In this document: positions 8,673 through 16,395 of the stretch, piece by piece
Layout of the letters: each line of letters begins with the position of its first letter
Position numbering within the stretch: the stretch's first letter is position 1
Virus record (IMG/VR): IMGVR_UViG_3300020362_000369
Location: 1 to 32,973 of that record
Direction: 5' to 3' (one strand)
DNA from: a virus
Lineage: Duplodnaviria > Caudoviricetes
Length of the DNA stretch: 32,973 nucleotides
Made by a program: the position numbers and the translations under genes
Notes under the pieces: generated by a model
Databases searched by the model: none
Seen by the model: only the letters and a program-made list of their open reading frames with translations
What the model was told of the DNA's origin: nothing

Positions 8673-10785
8673 CGTCAAACAACCCCTGCGACTCAACTTT
8701 TGCCACTTGCCTTATAGTTTCTCTATCTCGTTCCATTAGAGCGTTTATTTCAGCAATATCAACTTGCGTTCCATATTTAGCTGCTAATTCAGCAGCTTTT
8801 ATTCTAATATCGGCTTCAGCTTCATCACGCTGTCTATCATCATCCATAATAATTTTCATACGACTTGTTTCTGCATCCAATACAGCTTTTTGCGCTTGAA
8901 CTCTTGATTTTTGAATTTCTGCTTCTGCTAATAATTCCGCAGGATCAGGTTTTTGTTCCTCTGGCATTGGGGGCATAGGCGGAACTTGAGTATTTACAAA
9001 ACTTTGCGCATCTTTAAAGCCTGCTAACTCAATCATTTTAGTAAGTGTGTTTGAGTATTGCTGTAAATTTACTAAAGGATTTTGTGGGCCTAACTGTTGT
9101 AAAATTTGTTCTTGCTTACTTGCTAAGTTATTTAGCACCATCATTTTTTCTTCATCGCTATTTTTAGAAATTGCAACATTAATAGAAATATCTTTATCAG
9201 AATCCCAATAACGAGGATCAACCGGAATAAACTCGTTGTTAAGTCTAAACATATCTTGTCCTTCCTGGTGCTTAACAACTAAATTATTTACCAAACCAAA
9301 CAATTCTTTCATGCCACCTTCGGCAAAATGACGACAAATCAACTCAACTCTGCCTTGCGCACCAGACATAGTAGCTGATACCGCAGCTTTAGTAGTGCTT
9401 TGCAGAGCTTCAGCGTTTAAACCGGCACTTGCTTTAGAAACACCAGTTCTGTTTTCTTTTGCTTCGTCTAAATATCCTAAAACCGGAAAGGCTTCTTTAC
9501 CCACGAAAGGTACTGAAAAAGGTTGCACCATACCTGGCGCTCTCATACGAATTGGTTGTCCTATATCGGTGTTTAGTACATCGTCAATATTAACTTGTCC
9601 TTCAACTACACCCATTCTTGGAAAGATTGAATGGCCCAAAGAATCTAAAGTATCACGCATAATTTGTGATTTAGCTCTTTGTATCGGCATAACATAATCT
9701 GCCGGACACGATCCTATAGCTGTATGTGGCTCAGGATCAGGAGAAAACATTACAATCGGTAAATCATCCCATTGTTCAACATTAATTACATTTATTCCTT
9801 CTCCGGCAGTACAAACTCTTATACGCTCGTCTATACCATCGCCATCTAAATCAAAAAATAAATAATGTTCAACATATAAAACATTTTTATTCCCATAACT
9901 TCCTCTGTCGTCAAAAACATTGTCGTCATAAGGATTACGAGCTTCTATTTCATCGTAAGTATCGGCATCTAAATTAGAGCCTGATCCCGCATATTGTTGT
10001 ATTTCTTCTCTGTCATACCCCATAGCTACTAAGTCGCTTACAGTTTTTACCATGCGATGCGCAACATAAGGCGCTTCATAAATATTTCTTGCATTACGAG
10101 AAATCAAAACTTCTTCTGGGGGGATAGACTCAATACAAACTTGATTTTTTTTCTTAACTCGTCTAATTGTTACATCGTAACTAACTGGAGTTTCTTGCAT
10201 GACTTCTTCGCCAGTCATACGATCAACCATTTTCATTTGTTCCATTTCAACTTTTTCTTTAACTATTTCAACATCAGCATCCATAACTAACGCCATGTAT
10301 GCTTCTCTAGTTAAATTTGTATATTCGTGTGTAGAAGCTGAAATGCTATCATCCCAAAATGCCTTAACAAAACCTGATTTTCGTACGAGTGCATCTTTGA
10401 ACGCATCGTAAAGGACTTTAAAACCAGGATTTTTTTGTTGAATAATATAATTAATATAGTTTGTTTGTTGTTCTGCTAATGGTATGTCCTCTGGATTGCG
10501 AGGTATAAATTCAACGACTTTCTTTGTGCCAAAAAATGTACGCATAATTGAGGGCATCATAAATAAAATAGAATCTCTAACATCAGTAGAAATAAACTCT
10601 GACTGCAAAGAACTATTTGCTTCAGGCTCGTTGCCTAAATAATATTCTGTAGCTTCCGCCCTAGACTCTCCGATTTGGTCGATGTAGTCTTTAGCATCAT
10701 CCATTTCGGATTTAATAATGCTTTGTAACTCTCTTGTATCAATCTGTTCTTCTTGATTTTCTTCTTTATCTTTGTCGTATTCCAT
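8650..10785 (-). CDS. Portal protein (P22-like podovirus type)
   Basis: 711 aa directly after terL; R.EA.EYYLG, STDVRD, FKDALVRKSG.VK, DLDGDGIDE, ENRTGVS and a long C-terminal helical barrel. Confidence 0.92.
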   Translation of the reverse strand: MEYDKDKEENQEEQIDTRELQSIIKSEMDDAKDYIDQIGESRAEATEYYLGNEPEANSSLQSEFISTDVRDSILFMMPSIMRTFFGTKKVVEFIPRNPEDIPLAEQQTNYINYIIQQKNPGFKVLYDAFKDALVRKSGFVKAFWDDSISASTHEYTNLTREAYMALVMDADVEIVKEKVEMEQMKMVDRMTGEEVMQETPVSYDVTIRRVKKKNQVCIESIPPEEVLISRNARNIYEAPYVAHRMVKTVSDLVAMGYDREEIQQYAGSGSNLDADTYDEIEARNPYDDNVFDDRGSYGNKNVLYVEHYLFFDLDGDGIDERIRVCTAGEGINVINVEQWDDLPIVMFSPDPEPHTAIGSCPADYVMPIQRAKSQIMRDTLDSLGHSIFPRMGVVEGQVNIDDVLNTDIGQPIRMRAPGMVQPFSVPFVGKEAFPVLGYLDEAKENRTGVSKASAGLNAEALQSTTKAAVSATMSGAQGRVELICRHFAEGGMKELFGLVNNLVVKHQEGQDMFRLNNEFIPVDPRYWDSDKDISINVAISKNSDEEKMMVLNNLASKQEQILQQLGPQNPLVNLQQYSNTLTKMIELAGFKDAQSFVNTQVPPMPPMPEEQKPDPAELLAEAEIQKSRVQAQKAVLDAETSRMKIIMDDDRQRDEAEADIRIKAAELAAKYGTQVDIAEINALMERDRETIRQVAKVESQGLFDDDFNSAS

Positions 10786-10788
10786 TGA

Positions 10789-12321
10789 TTAACCTATGCG
10801 TATAATTTTGGATTTTAAAGGTTGCCTAAAATTATACCCCATAAACGACATACTGCCACTAAAGGAAGCAGCTGAACTTGCCATTGTTAGTGCTAAAGCA
10901 TCTGCTTTATCTGGCGATTTTATTCCACGCTTACGCATTTCTTCTTTACTTTCGAGTTTTATTTTTCCAGATGAGGTATATTTGTAGATAGGCGCAGCTA
11001 ATTCAGAAACAAGCTCATCATCATTAGGAAGTCTGCAATCACGCTGCGCCAACCAATCTTTTATTGAAAACCACAACTCTGCTCGTAAATTCAAATAATT
11101 TTTTTTCGTTGCCGGTGCTTCAGAAACATTGATCCCACGCACAGGTAAGTTTTGTTCGGCTAGTCTATCGACAACACCAGAGCCTAAACCGATAACATCA
11201 ACTAAAATTTCTTGTGGTCGTTCTAAGGCGGTGCAATCATCAAATTTATTTTTTACTGCACCACAAAGTTGCATCAAATCCATAGACTGGAAAGACTTCA
11301 TTTCTAAAACTGTGTTTCCTTGACGAACGCAAAGAGCAGAATTATCGCCACCATAACGTGCAACATCTAATCCCCAAATAATTGGCGCACTTGCGGACAA
11401 AGAAACATCTCTGTCGATAGATGCTTTGATTAACTCCATTGGAATTACAGTATCATCGTCAGCACGAGGGAATTCGCCCAATACTTCCACTCGTGCGACT
11501 GTTGAATCTTCGCCATATTGTTCTAACATTTGTTGGAATAACTCTTTATCTGTGCCTTCAACTGTTCTTGAATCAATTTGTTCTTGTTTCCAGAACGAAC
11601 GCTTTCCATGAAAAGAATCATAAAATGGGCCTGTATTTCTTCTAGGATTAGAAAAAGTTAGCCAATACCTATCTGCTGTTGGCTCAGAGAAAAATCCCTC
11701 AGAAACGCTGTAAATAGGTGCAGGAATACCAGATGCTTCATCCATGATTAAACAAACACCATAACTTGAATGAATACCGGCAAAAGCATCTGGGTTTTCC
11801 TCAGACCATAATTGCGCTTGTGCGTAGTAATATCCAGTATCAATTTTTAAATCACGCACAAGTGCTTCTTCAAACCATTGTGCCGGTCTTATTGTTGTTG
11901 CGGTTTTGTTAAACCAATGTGAATTTATAGCTAAAGTTAGCCATTTGCCTAATTCCGCCCATGTTCTTGAGCGTAATTGTTGTTCGGTGTTTGCTGTTAC
12001 AATTATTGTTGATCCTAGTCTGGTAGATAGCATCCATAGTATTAACCAAGACACTAAAGCAGACTTTCCAATACCACGACCACTAGCAACTGCTAAACGA
12101 TACATTTCTGGAAAATCAATAGTTTGATTTCTTTGTATATGTATTCCAATATCTCGCAAAATTTTTTCTTGCCACTTTCTTGGGCCAGTAAAGTTTTCGA
12201 GGGGTGTTCCTTCTTTTCCCCATTCAAAGACAAATTTAACGAAATTCAAAGGATCATCTTTGATATTCATTGACCATAGTTCAGTCATTAGTTTTTTTTC
12301 TACTTCACTTCCATATTTCAT
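10789..12321 (-). CDS. terL: Terminase large subunit
   Basis: Walker A SGRGIGKS, Walker B CLIMDEA, SNP coupling motif, RNase H-like GLDVARYGGD and SPDKADA. Confidence 0.95.
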   Translation of the reverse strand: MKYGSEVEKKLMTELWSMNIKDDPLNFVKFVFEWGKEGTPLENFTGPRKWQEKILRDIGIHIQRNQTIDFPEMYRLAVASGRGIGKSALVSWLILWMLSTRLGSTIIVTANTEQQLRSRTWAELGKWLTLAINSHWFNKTATTIRPAQWFEEALVRDLKIDTGYYYAQAQLWSEENPDAFAGIHSSYGVCLIMDEASGIPAPIYSVSEGFFSEPTADRYWLTFSNPRRNTGPFYDSFHGKRSFWKQEQIDSRTVEGTDKELFQQMLEQYGEDSTVARVEVLGEFPRADDDTVIPMELIKASIDRDVSLSASAPIIWGLDVARYGGDNSALCVRQGNTVLEMKSFQSMDLMQLCGAVKNKFDDCTALERPQEILVDVIGLGSGVVDRLAEQNLPVRGINVSEAPATKKNYLNLRAELWFSIKDWLAQRDCRLPNDDELVSELAAPIYKYTSSGKIKLESKEEMRKRGIKSPDKADALALTMASSAASFSGSMSFMGYNFRQPLKSKIIRIG

Positions 12322-12349
12322 AATATTAAAAAAAAATTATCTCATTAGT

Positions 12350-12471
12350 TACTCGTACGCTACCGGCCTGATTACTTTTAAATGGGGGGCCTGGCGATAG
12401 TAAGCGCTTACTATGGGCCTGGATCTTATAGGATGGGCGATGTAGCGGAGAAAAGGAAACTTCATCGCCCA
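12350..12471. promoter_or_regulatory. GC-rich terS-terL spacer with palindrome and hairpin; candidate packaging (pac/terminus) site
   Basis: Perfect 18-bp palindrome ATAGTAAGCGCTTACTAT (12397-12414), three GGCCTG copies, a G6 run, and a 9-bp stem TGGGCGATG/CATCGCCCA (12434-12471). Confidence 0.5.
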
Positions 12472-12473
12472 AG

Positions 12474-12986
12474 TTATGTTTCTGTATTGGTAGAAGGGAG
12501 AGATTCAGAAACATTTAAAGACTCTTTACTATCTAAGAAGGAACGCCCCCCTTTAGAATCAACATCTTCAACCCTTTTAAGCTCTGCGGTTGCATCTGGA
12601 ACTCGTTTTTTTGCGGAGTTAATAATTTCATCAAGTGAAAATGTATTTTCTATCTTTTGAACATCTGACCAATCGGCTACTTTTTCCCCTCGATTTTTCA
12701 AAAAAAAGATCTGAGCTGAGACATTGGGCGGATTTCCGCTTCTTCCAGTTGCCGAATCAAAAAGAGCGTTTGAAACTTCCGCCACCGCTTTAATCTTTCC
12801 CCTCTTTAAAGTGGTGTCAAAAATGGCAGAATCTCTTTTTCGCCTGGCAAGTGTACTTAATGAAACCCCCAGAACTTCTGCTATAGAGCGTTCTGAAACC
12901 CCTAGGCCAGATAATTTTTCTATTTGTTCTAATTGTTCTTCTGTGAAGGTAATACGCTTTCTTCCGGCTTTTTTCTTCTCTTGCAT
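12474..12986 (-). CDS. terS: Terminase small subunit
   Basis: GRKRI.F...HTH (SERSIAEVLGVSLSTL), ALF..A, AQIFFLKNR; upstream of terL. Confidence 0.85.
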   Translation of the reverse strand: MQEKKKAGRKRITFTEEQLEQIEKLSGLGVSERSIAEVLGVSLSTLARRKRDSAIFDTTLKRGKIKAVAEVSNALFDSATGRSGNPPNVSAQIFFLKNRGEKVADWSDVQKIENTFSLDEIINSAKKRVPDATAELKRVEDVDSKGGRSFLDSKESLNVSESLPSTNTET

Positions 12987-13074
12987 AGCTTATTTTATAT
13001 TTTTTTGATCTTTTAAGCACTAATTAGCGATAACAATGTACCTATATAAAGAGCGTAAAAGTGTTTTAAAATGG

Positions 13075-13102
13075 TTGTAAATGATTATTCTTCTGGTATC
13101 AT
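13075..13102 (+). promoter_or_regulatory. Early sigma70 promoter, divergent from terS
   Basis: TTGTAA-16 bp-TATCAT with an extended -10 TGn, upstream of SD AAGGAG. Confidence 0.6.
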
Positions 13103-13138
13103 TGTCATATTGATTAACTAATTAAAGGAGAAACATCA

Positions 13139-13453
13139 ATGATTACATCAATGATTAAAGGAAACAAGATATCAGTTAGAAACATAATTGGTCATAGTGG
13201 AAACCCAATCGCTAACCAGTTTGAAATAGAAACTAGTGATGCCGATTATTTTCAAAGTTATGGAAGTGTTATAGCTAAAAGAACATATGAAAATAATAAA
13301 CTAGTAATATATCTTGATAAAAGATACTGGGATTATTCAGTTACTACTGGCAAATATAGAAATTTATTTCTAGGAGAAACCAAAAGAGAAACAGAAAAGA
13401 AAATCAAAACTGGAGAATATATCCTTACTGATTTAAACGAAGGTTGGAAGTAG
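13139..13453 (+). CDS. Early hypothetical protein
   Basis: YFQSYGSVIA...WDYSVTTGKYRNLFLGE, a phage early-gene motif; SD AAGGAG. Confidence 0.8.
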   Translation: MITSMIKGNKISVRNIIGHSGNPIANQFEIETSDADYFQSYGSVIAKRTYENNKLVIYLDKRYWDYSVTTGKYRNLFLGETKRETEKKIKTGEYILTDLNEGWK

Positions 13454-13475
13454 CATATGCTACTTCCTTTTTTTT
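13446..13475 (+). terminator. Intrinsic terminator/attenuator after the first early gene
   Basis: Perfect palindrome GGAAGTAGCATATGCTACTTCC followed by T8. Confidence 0.8.
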
Positions 13476-13490
13476 ATAGGAGAAATAACA

Positions 13491-13835
13491 ATGAGTATTT
13501 ATGACGATTGGAGAAACTATTATAGCGATTTAGACATACCTAAAGAATGGGTATGTATGTCCTATCACAATGATTCTTTACCAAGTTTCAGTACTGAAGA
13601 AGATAATTACAAAGCCTATCATGTATGGATTAACTCACATGATGAAAAGACAAGACAAGAAAATAACATGGATATTTTTGGAGAAAAGAATTATCCAAGA
13701 TTTCAAGTTGTGCTTTGTTATGGTTATGACGAAGGAGATGCTTTCATTACCGATGATTTTGAAGAAGTTCTGAAATACATTAAGAACAATCCAAAAGATC
13801 AAAAATTAATTGAACTTACAAAAGAATATATATAG
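13491..13835 (+). CDS. Early hypothetical protein
   Basis: IPKEW...SYHNDSLPSF motif; SD AGGAG. Confidence 0.8.
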   Translation: MSIYDDWRNYYSDLDIPKEWVCMSYHNDSLPSFSTEEDNYKAYHVWINSHDEKTRQENNMDIFGEKNYPRFQVVLCYGYDEGDAFITDDFEEVLKYIKNNPKDQKLIELTKEYI

Positions 13836-13846
13836 GAGAAATAATA

Positions 13847-14017
13847 ATGGAATTAACCAAAAGACAAAAAGAAGTTTTAGAGGATGTTCTATGGAAAGAG
13901 TGCAAAGAATTAATAAATTTAATTCATAGTGGCAGTAGTTCTGTTGATAAAAGACATTGTTCTAATTATTTAAGAGTAGTTGATAATATTTTAGATAAAT
14001 TATTAGAGGAGAAATAA
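13847..14017 (+). CDS. Early microprotein, 56 aa
   Basis: MELTKRQKEVLEDVLWKEC...NILDKLLEEK; SD AGGAG; not in the ORF track. Confidence 0.75.
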   Translation: MELTKRQKEVLEDVLWKECKELINLIHSGSSSVDKRHCSNYLRVVDNILDKLLEEK

Positions 14018-14019
14018 CC

Positions 14020-14190
14020 ATGCCAGAACTAACAGACAAAGAAAAAAACATAATAGATGTATGTTTTAACTTTTTAGATGATGTTCATTTTTTAGATAAT
14101 ATCTCTGACGTTATTGGAGAAGATATTACTCAAGAGGACATGAACAATTTATTAAATAAACTTTTAAAGGATTCTACTAACCTTTTGTAA
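14020..14190 (+). CDS. Early acidic microprotein, 56 aa
   Basis: MPELTDKEKNIIDVCFNFLDDVHF...NLLNKLLKDSTNLL; SD GAGGAG. Confidence 0.75.
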   Translation: MPELTDKEKNIIDVCFNFLDDVHFLDNISDVIGEDITQEDMNNLLNKLLKDSTNLL

Positions 14191-14199
14191 GGAGAAGAA

Positions 14200-14403
14200 A
14201 TGAAATTTACTAAAGAAGAATTAGATTATTTGCATACAGATGTAAAAATCAATTTAACTCATGTTCGTGGATTGCAGTTAAAGAAATTTCGCAAAAATTC
14301 CTGGACACCGCAAGACAAGGAAAGAGTTATAAAAAAGGAAGTTTTTCTATTAGCAATTTTAGAAAAATTAGAACACTTAACTAAAAAACTAGAGGAGAAA
14401 TAA
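14200..14403 (+). CDS. Early microprotein, 67 aa
   Basis: MKFTKEELDYLH...AILEKL...KKLEEK; SD AAGGAG. Confidence 0.75.
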   Translation: MKFTKEELDYLHTDVKINLTHVRGLQLKKFRKNSWTPQDKERVIKKEVFLLAILEKLEHLTKKLEEK

Positions 14404-14580
14404 TTATGCAAATTAGAGAAAAAGGAAGTGCAAGTTTTACTTGCAATTTATCAAATGGCGTAATTACCATTAAACATGGTAGTTGTAATTCTATTTTGTA
14501 CCAATGGACAGCAAATAAAGGAGATTGGAACAAGATATTCAAAACTATTAAAAAATTAGAGGAGAAATAATTATGCAAAT
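14382..14580 (+). repeat. 32-bp direct repeat pair (31/32 identical) flanking one gene
   Basis: TAAAAAA(C/T)TAGAGGAGAAATAATTATGCAAAT at 14382-14413 and 14549-14580. Confidence 0.9.
14406..14570 (+). CDS. Early microprotein, 54 aa
   Basis: MQIREKGSASFTCNLSNGVITIKHG...GDWNKIFKTIKKLEEK; SD GAGGAG. Confidence 0.75.
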   Translation: MQIREKGSASFTCNLSNGVITIKHGSCNSILYQWTANKGDWNKIFKTIKKLEEK

Positions 14581-14920
14581 GCAAGTTGAAAAAATGTACC
14601 AATATAACCCTTATGACTCAGAATATGAGTTAGCCAAAGATAACAAAACATTTTTAGTTGTCTGGGGAGATGGTTATATGGGCAACGAAGAAGTTCCGGA
14701 AAATGAAATTTCTCATATTGAATCTTTAGAAGATGAATATTTTATTATTCATAACTATACTCAACAAAGATTAAGTTATTTTAAAGAAATTGAATTAGCA
14801 GAAGAATGGCATTTAGAAGAATCTTTTCTTGATAAATTATTTAATGCTAAAGAGGGAGATTGGCTTACATATAGTGATTTAAGCGGAACAATCTGGTTTA
14901 AATGTATGAGGGAGAAATAA
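14573..14920 (+). CDS. Early acidic hypothetical protein
   Basis: 115-aa ORF with SD GAGGAG. Confidence 0.75.
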   Translation: MQMQVEKMYQYNPYDSEYELAKDNKTFLVVWGDGYMGNEEVPENEISHIESLEDEYFIIHNYTQQRLSYFKEIELAEEWHLEESFLDKLFNAKEGDWLTYSDLSGTIWFKCMREK

Positions 14921-14935
14921 CTTATAATTTTTATA

Positions 14936-15019
14936 GAGAGAGAAATGGTTATTAAGCGATCTTTTAGATTTATTAGGCTTAATAGGATGCTTAGAGAATT
15001 AGCCACTAAGCTCTCTCTC
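14936..15019 (+). ncRNA. Candidate structured RNA in an early-region gap
   Basis: GAGAGAGA/TCTCTCTC closing stem, TGGTTA/TAGCCA and TATTAAGC/GCTTAATA inner stems; TATAAT at 14923-14928. Confidence 0.35.
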
Positions 15020-15045
15020 GCCTTCAAAGAATATTAGGAGAAATA

Positions 15046-15255
15046 ATGAACAAAGATTATTTAAACAGTCTTTCAAAGGATCAACTGGAAACTCGTATTT
15101 ATGATTTAAACAACGAGTTAAACCAAGAGTGGCATTTAGAAAGAATTATGAAACTTAAAACTGCTCAAAGACTTCAGAGAGAAGTTGCTTTTTGTGAACA
15201 ACTATTAAGAGAGAAAGAGAAGCATTTCCAGGAATTTTTAAAGGAGAAAGAATGA
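15046..15255 (+). CDS. Early coiled-coil microprotein
   Basis: 69-aa ORF with SD AGGAG. Confidence 0.7.
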   Translation: MNKDYLNSLSKDQLETRIYDLNNELNQEWHLERIMKLKTAQRLQREVAFCEQLLREKEKHFQEFLKEKE

Positions 15256-15389
15256 GTAGAAATTATTTAGTACAAGCACATTTAGAGTATTTGGTCGAAG
15301 AAGGCTTGAAAAAGGGATTAACTGAAAAACAAGCCATTGACTATGCAAACAATATATTTTTTTCAAAGGAAGATCACCATGAAGTTTAA
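15252..15389 (+). CDS. Early microprotein, 45 aa
   Basis: MSRNYLVQAHLEYLVEEGLKKGLTEKQAIDYANNIFFSKEDHHEV; SD AAGGAG and ATGA overlap. Confidence 0.7.
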   Translation: MSRNYLVQAHLEYLVEEGLKKGLTEKQAIDYANNIFFSKEDHHEV

Positions 15390-15582
15390 TCCAGAAGAAT
15401 TAAAAACCTTACATAAAAGCGTTTTATTTCATTATGAAGCGGAAAAAAGATATATTGGCAAACGCTATATGGGTAAATGGTACATATCAAAAAATGCTGA
15501 TTTGCATATTAAAAAAAGCAAGTTACTTAAAACAATTTTAGACAAAATAGAATATTTACAACAAGGAGGTCACCATGAATAA
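15379..15582 (+). CDS. Early microprotein, 67 aa
   Basis: MKFNPEELKTLH...TILDKIEY; start refined to the ATG at 15379. Confidence 0.7.
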   Translation: MKFNPEELKTLHKSVLFHYEAEKRYIGKRYMGKWYISKNADLHIKKSKLLKTILDKIEYLQQGGHHE

Positions 15583-15703
15583 AGAACTATATTTCAAAAG
15601 ACGTGCGAATTTAAAGACTGCTATACGCAAAGCCAAGTCTTTAGAATTTAAGCAATTATATGTGTCAAAGATTATAGAACTTGATAAAATGTATCGTAGT
15701 TAA
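15575..15703 (+). CDS. Early microprotein, 42 aa
   Basis: MNKELYFKRRANLKTAIRKAKSLEFKQLYVSKIIELDKMYRS; SD AAGGAGGT. Confidence 0.7.
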   Translation: MNKELYFKRRANLKTAIRKAKSLEFKQLYVSKIIELDKMYRS

Positions 15704-15708
15704 TTAGC

Positions 15709-15759
15709 GTGGGAAAACTCTTTTTCATAATGATAATTCTCCCCTTAGAGTTTTCCCAC
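15709..15759. other. 13-bp perfect inverted repeat with a 25-nt loop
   Basis: GTGGGAAAACTCT (15709-15721) and AGAGTTTTCCCAC (15747-15759). Confidence 0.8.
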
Positions 15760-15768
15760 CACTAAGCC

Positions 15769-15918
15769 ATGCAAAGATCAAAAACTCTCTTAAAACCAGA
15801 ACATAACTCAATCAAAAAAAAATCTTCTCAGTCAAGAAAAAAAAGAATTTCATCTAGCACGATGAACAAGCACAAAAAACGAATTCGTGGGAAGAATTTA
15901 AGAATTTCCGGTAGGTAA
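15769..15918 (+). CDS. Basic microprotein, 49 aa
   Basis: MQRSK...IKKKSSQSRKKRISSSTMNKHKKRIRGKNLRISGR, resembling a common phage KKTSQ/MNKHK family; overlaps the convergent HTH gene end. Confidence 0.6.
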   Translation: MQRSKTLLKPEHNSIKKKSSQSRKKRISSSTMNKHKKRIRGKNLRISGR

Positions 15919-16329
15919 TTCTTCTCTTAATAATTTATTCAAGCCAACCAAAAGAATATGTCTGCGAATACCTCGTCTGCTTTTTCGCATGAGCGTTTTA
16001 TTTTCCTCGTCTGCTAACCAAACGATATTCTTTTGCTCACTTGCTAATTCAAGCAAAGCATTACTAACTGTCTTATGACTCATTCCACACATGAGCGCAT
16101 AATATCTATTACTATCATGCGAACTCCAGGTTTCTAGTCTATGCCTTTCACAAATCGCCCATAAAGTTAATTTACTAGCCGGACTTAAATCTTTTCTCCC
16201 CACGTTCGCACGATACCACTTCCACACGATTTTTTTCGTTTCTCCGAACGAACGATAGCGTTTCGCTACGCTCGTTTGCACGAACGCACTAGCGCTTTCA
16301 TTATCTATCTCCTCTACTAGCCACCACAT
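15898..16329 (-). CDS. Winged-HTH protein, candidate replication initiator
   Basis: DLSPASKLTLWAICER...SNRYYALMCGMSHKTVSNALLEL (HTH_36/lambda O-like N-terminus); adjacent to iterons. Confidence 0.6.
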   Translation of the reverse strand: MWWLVEEIDNESASAFVQTSVAKRYRSFGETKKIVWKWYRANVGRKDLSPASKLTLWAICERHRLETWSSHDSNRYYALMCGMSHKTVSNALLELASEQKNIVWLADEENKTLMRKSRRGIRRHILLVGLNKLLREELPTGNS

Positions 16330-16336
16330 AATAAAT

Positions 16337-16388
16337 TATAGAGCGTAGTTGCCTAAAGCAACTCGCTCTATATATATGTATATATATA
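16337..16388. promoter_or_regulatory. Hairpin plus TA-rich unwinding tract of the candidate origin
   Basis: TATAGAGCG(T)AGTTGC-CTAAA-GCAACTCGCTCTATA followed by a (TA)n run. Confidence 0.6.
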
Positions 16389-16395
16389 GGATATT

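Noticed and set aside
684-12127. Plus-strand ORFs in the structural region (e.g. 684-959, 1242-1520, 9395-9697)
   Set aside because: Antisense shadows of well-supported minus-strand genes, with no recognisable motifs.
12326-12660. ORFs 12326-12514 (-) and 12382-12660 (+)
   Set aside because: They overlap terS and a palindrome-rich spacer, and their composition looks non-coding.
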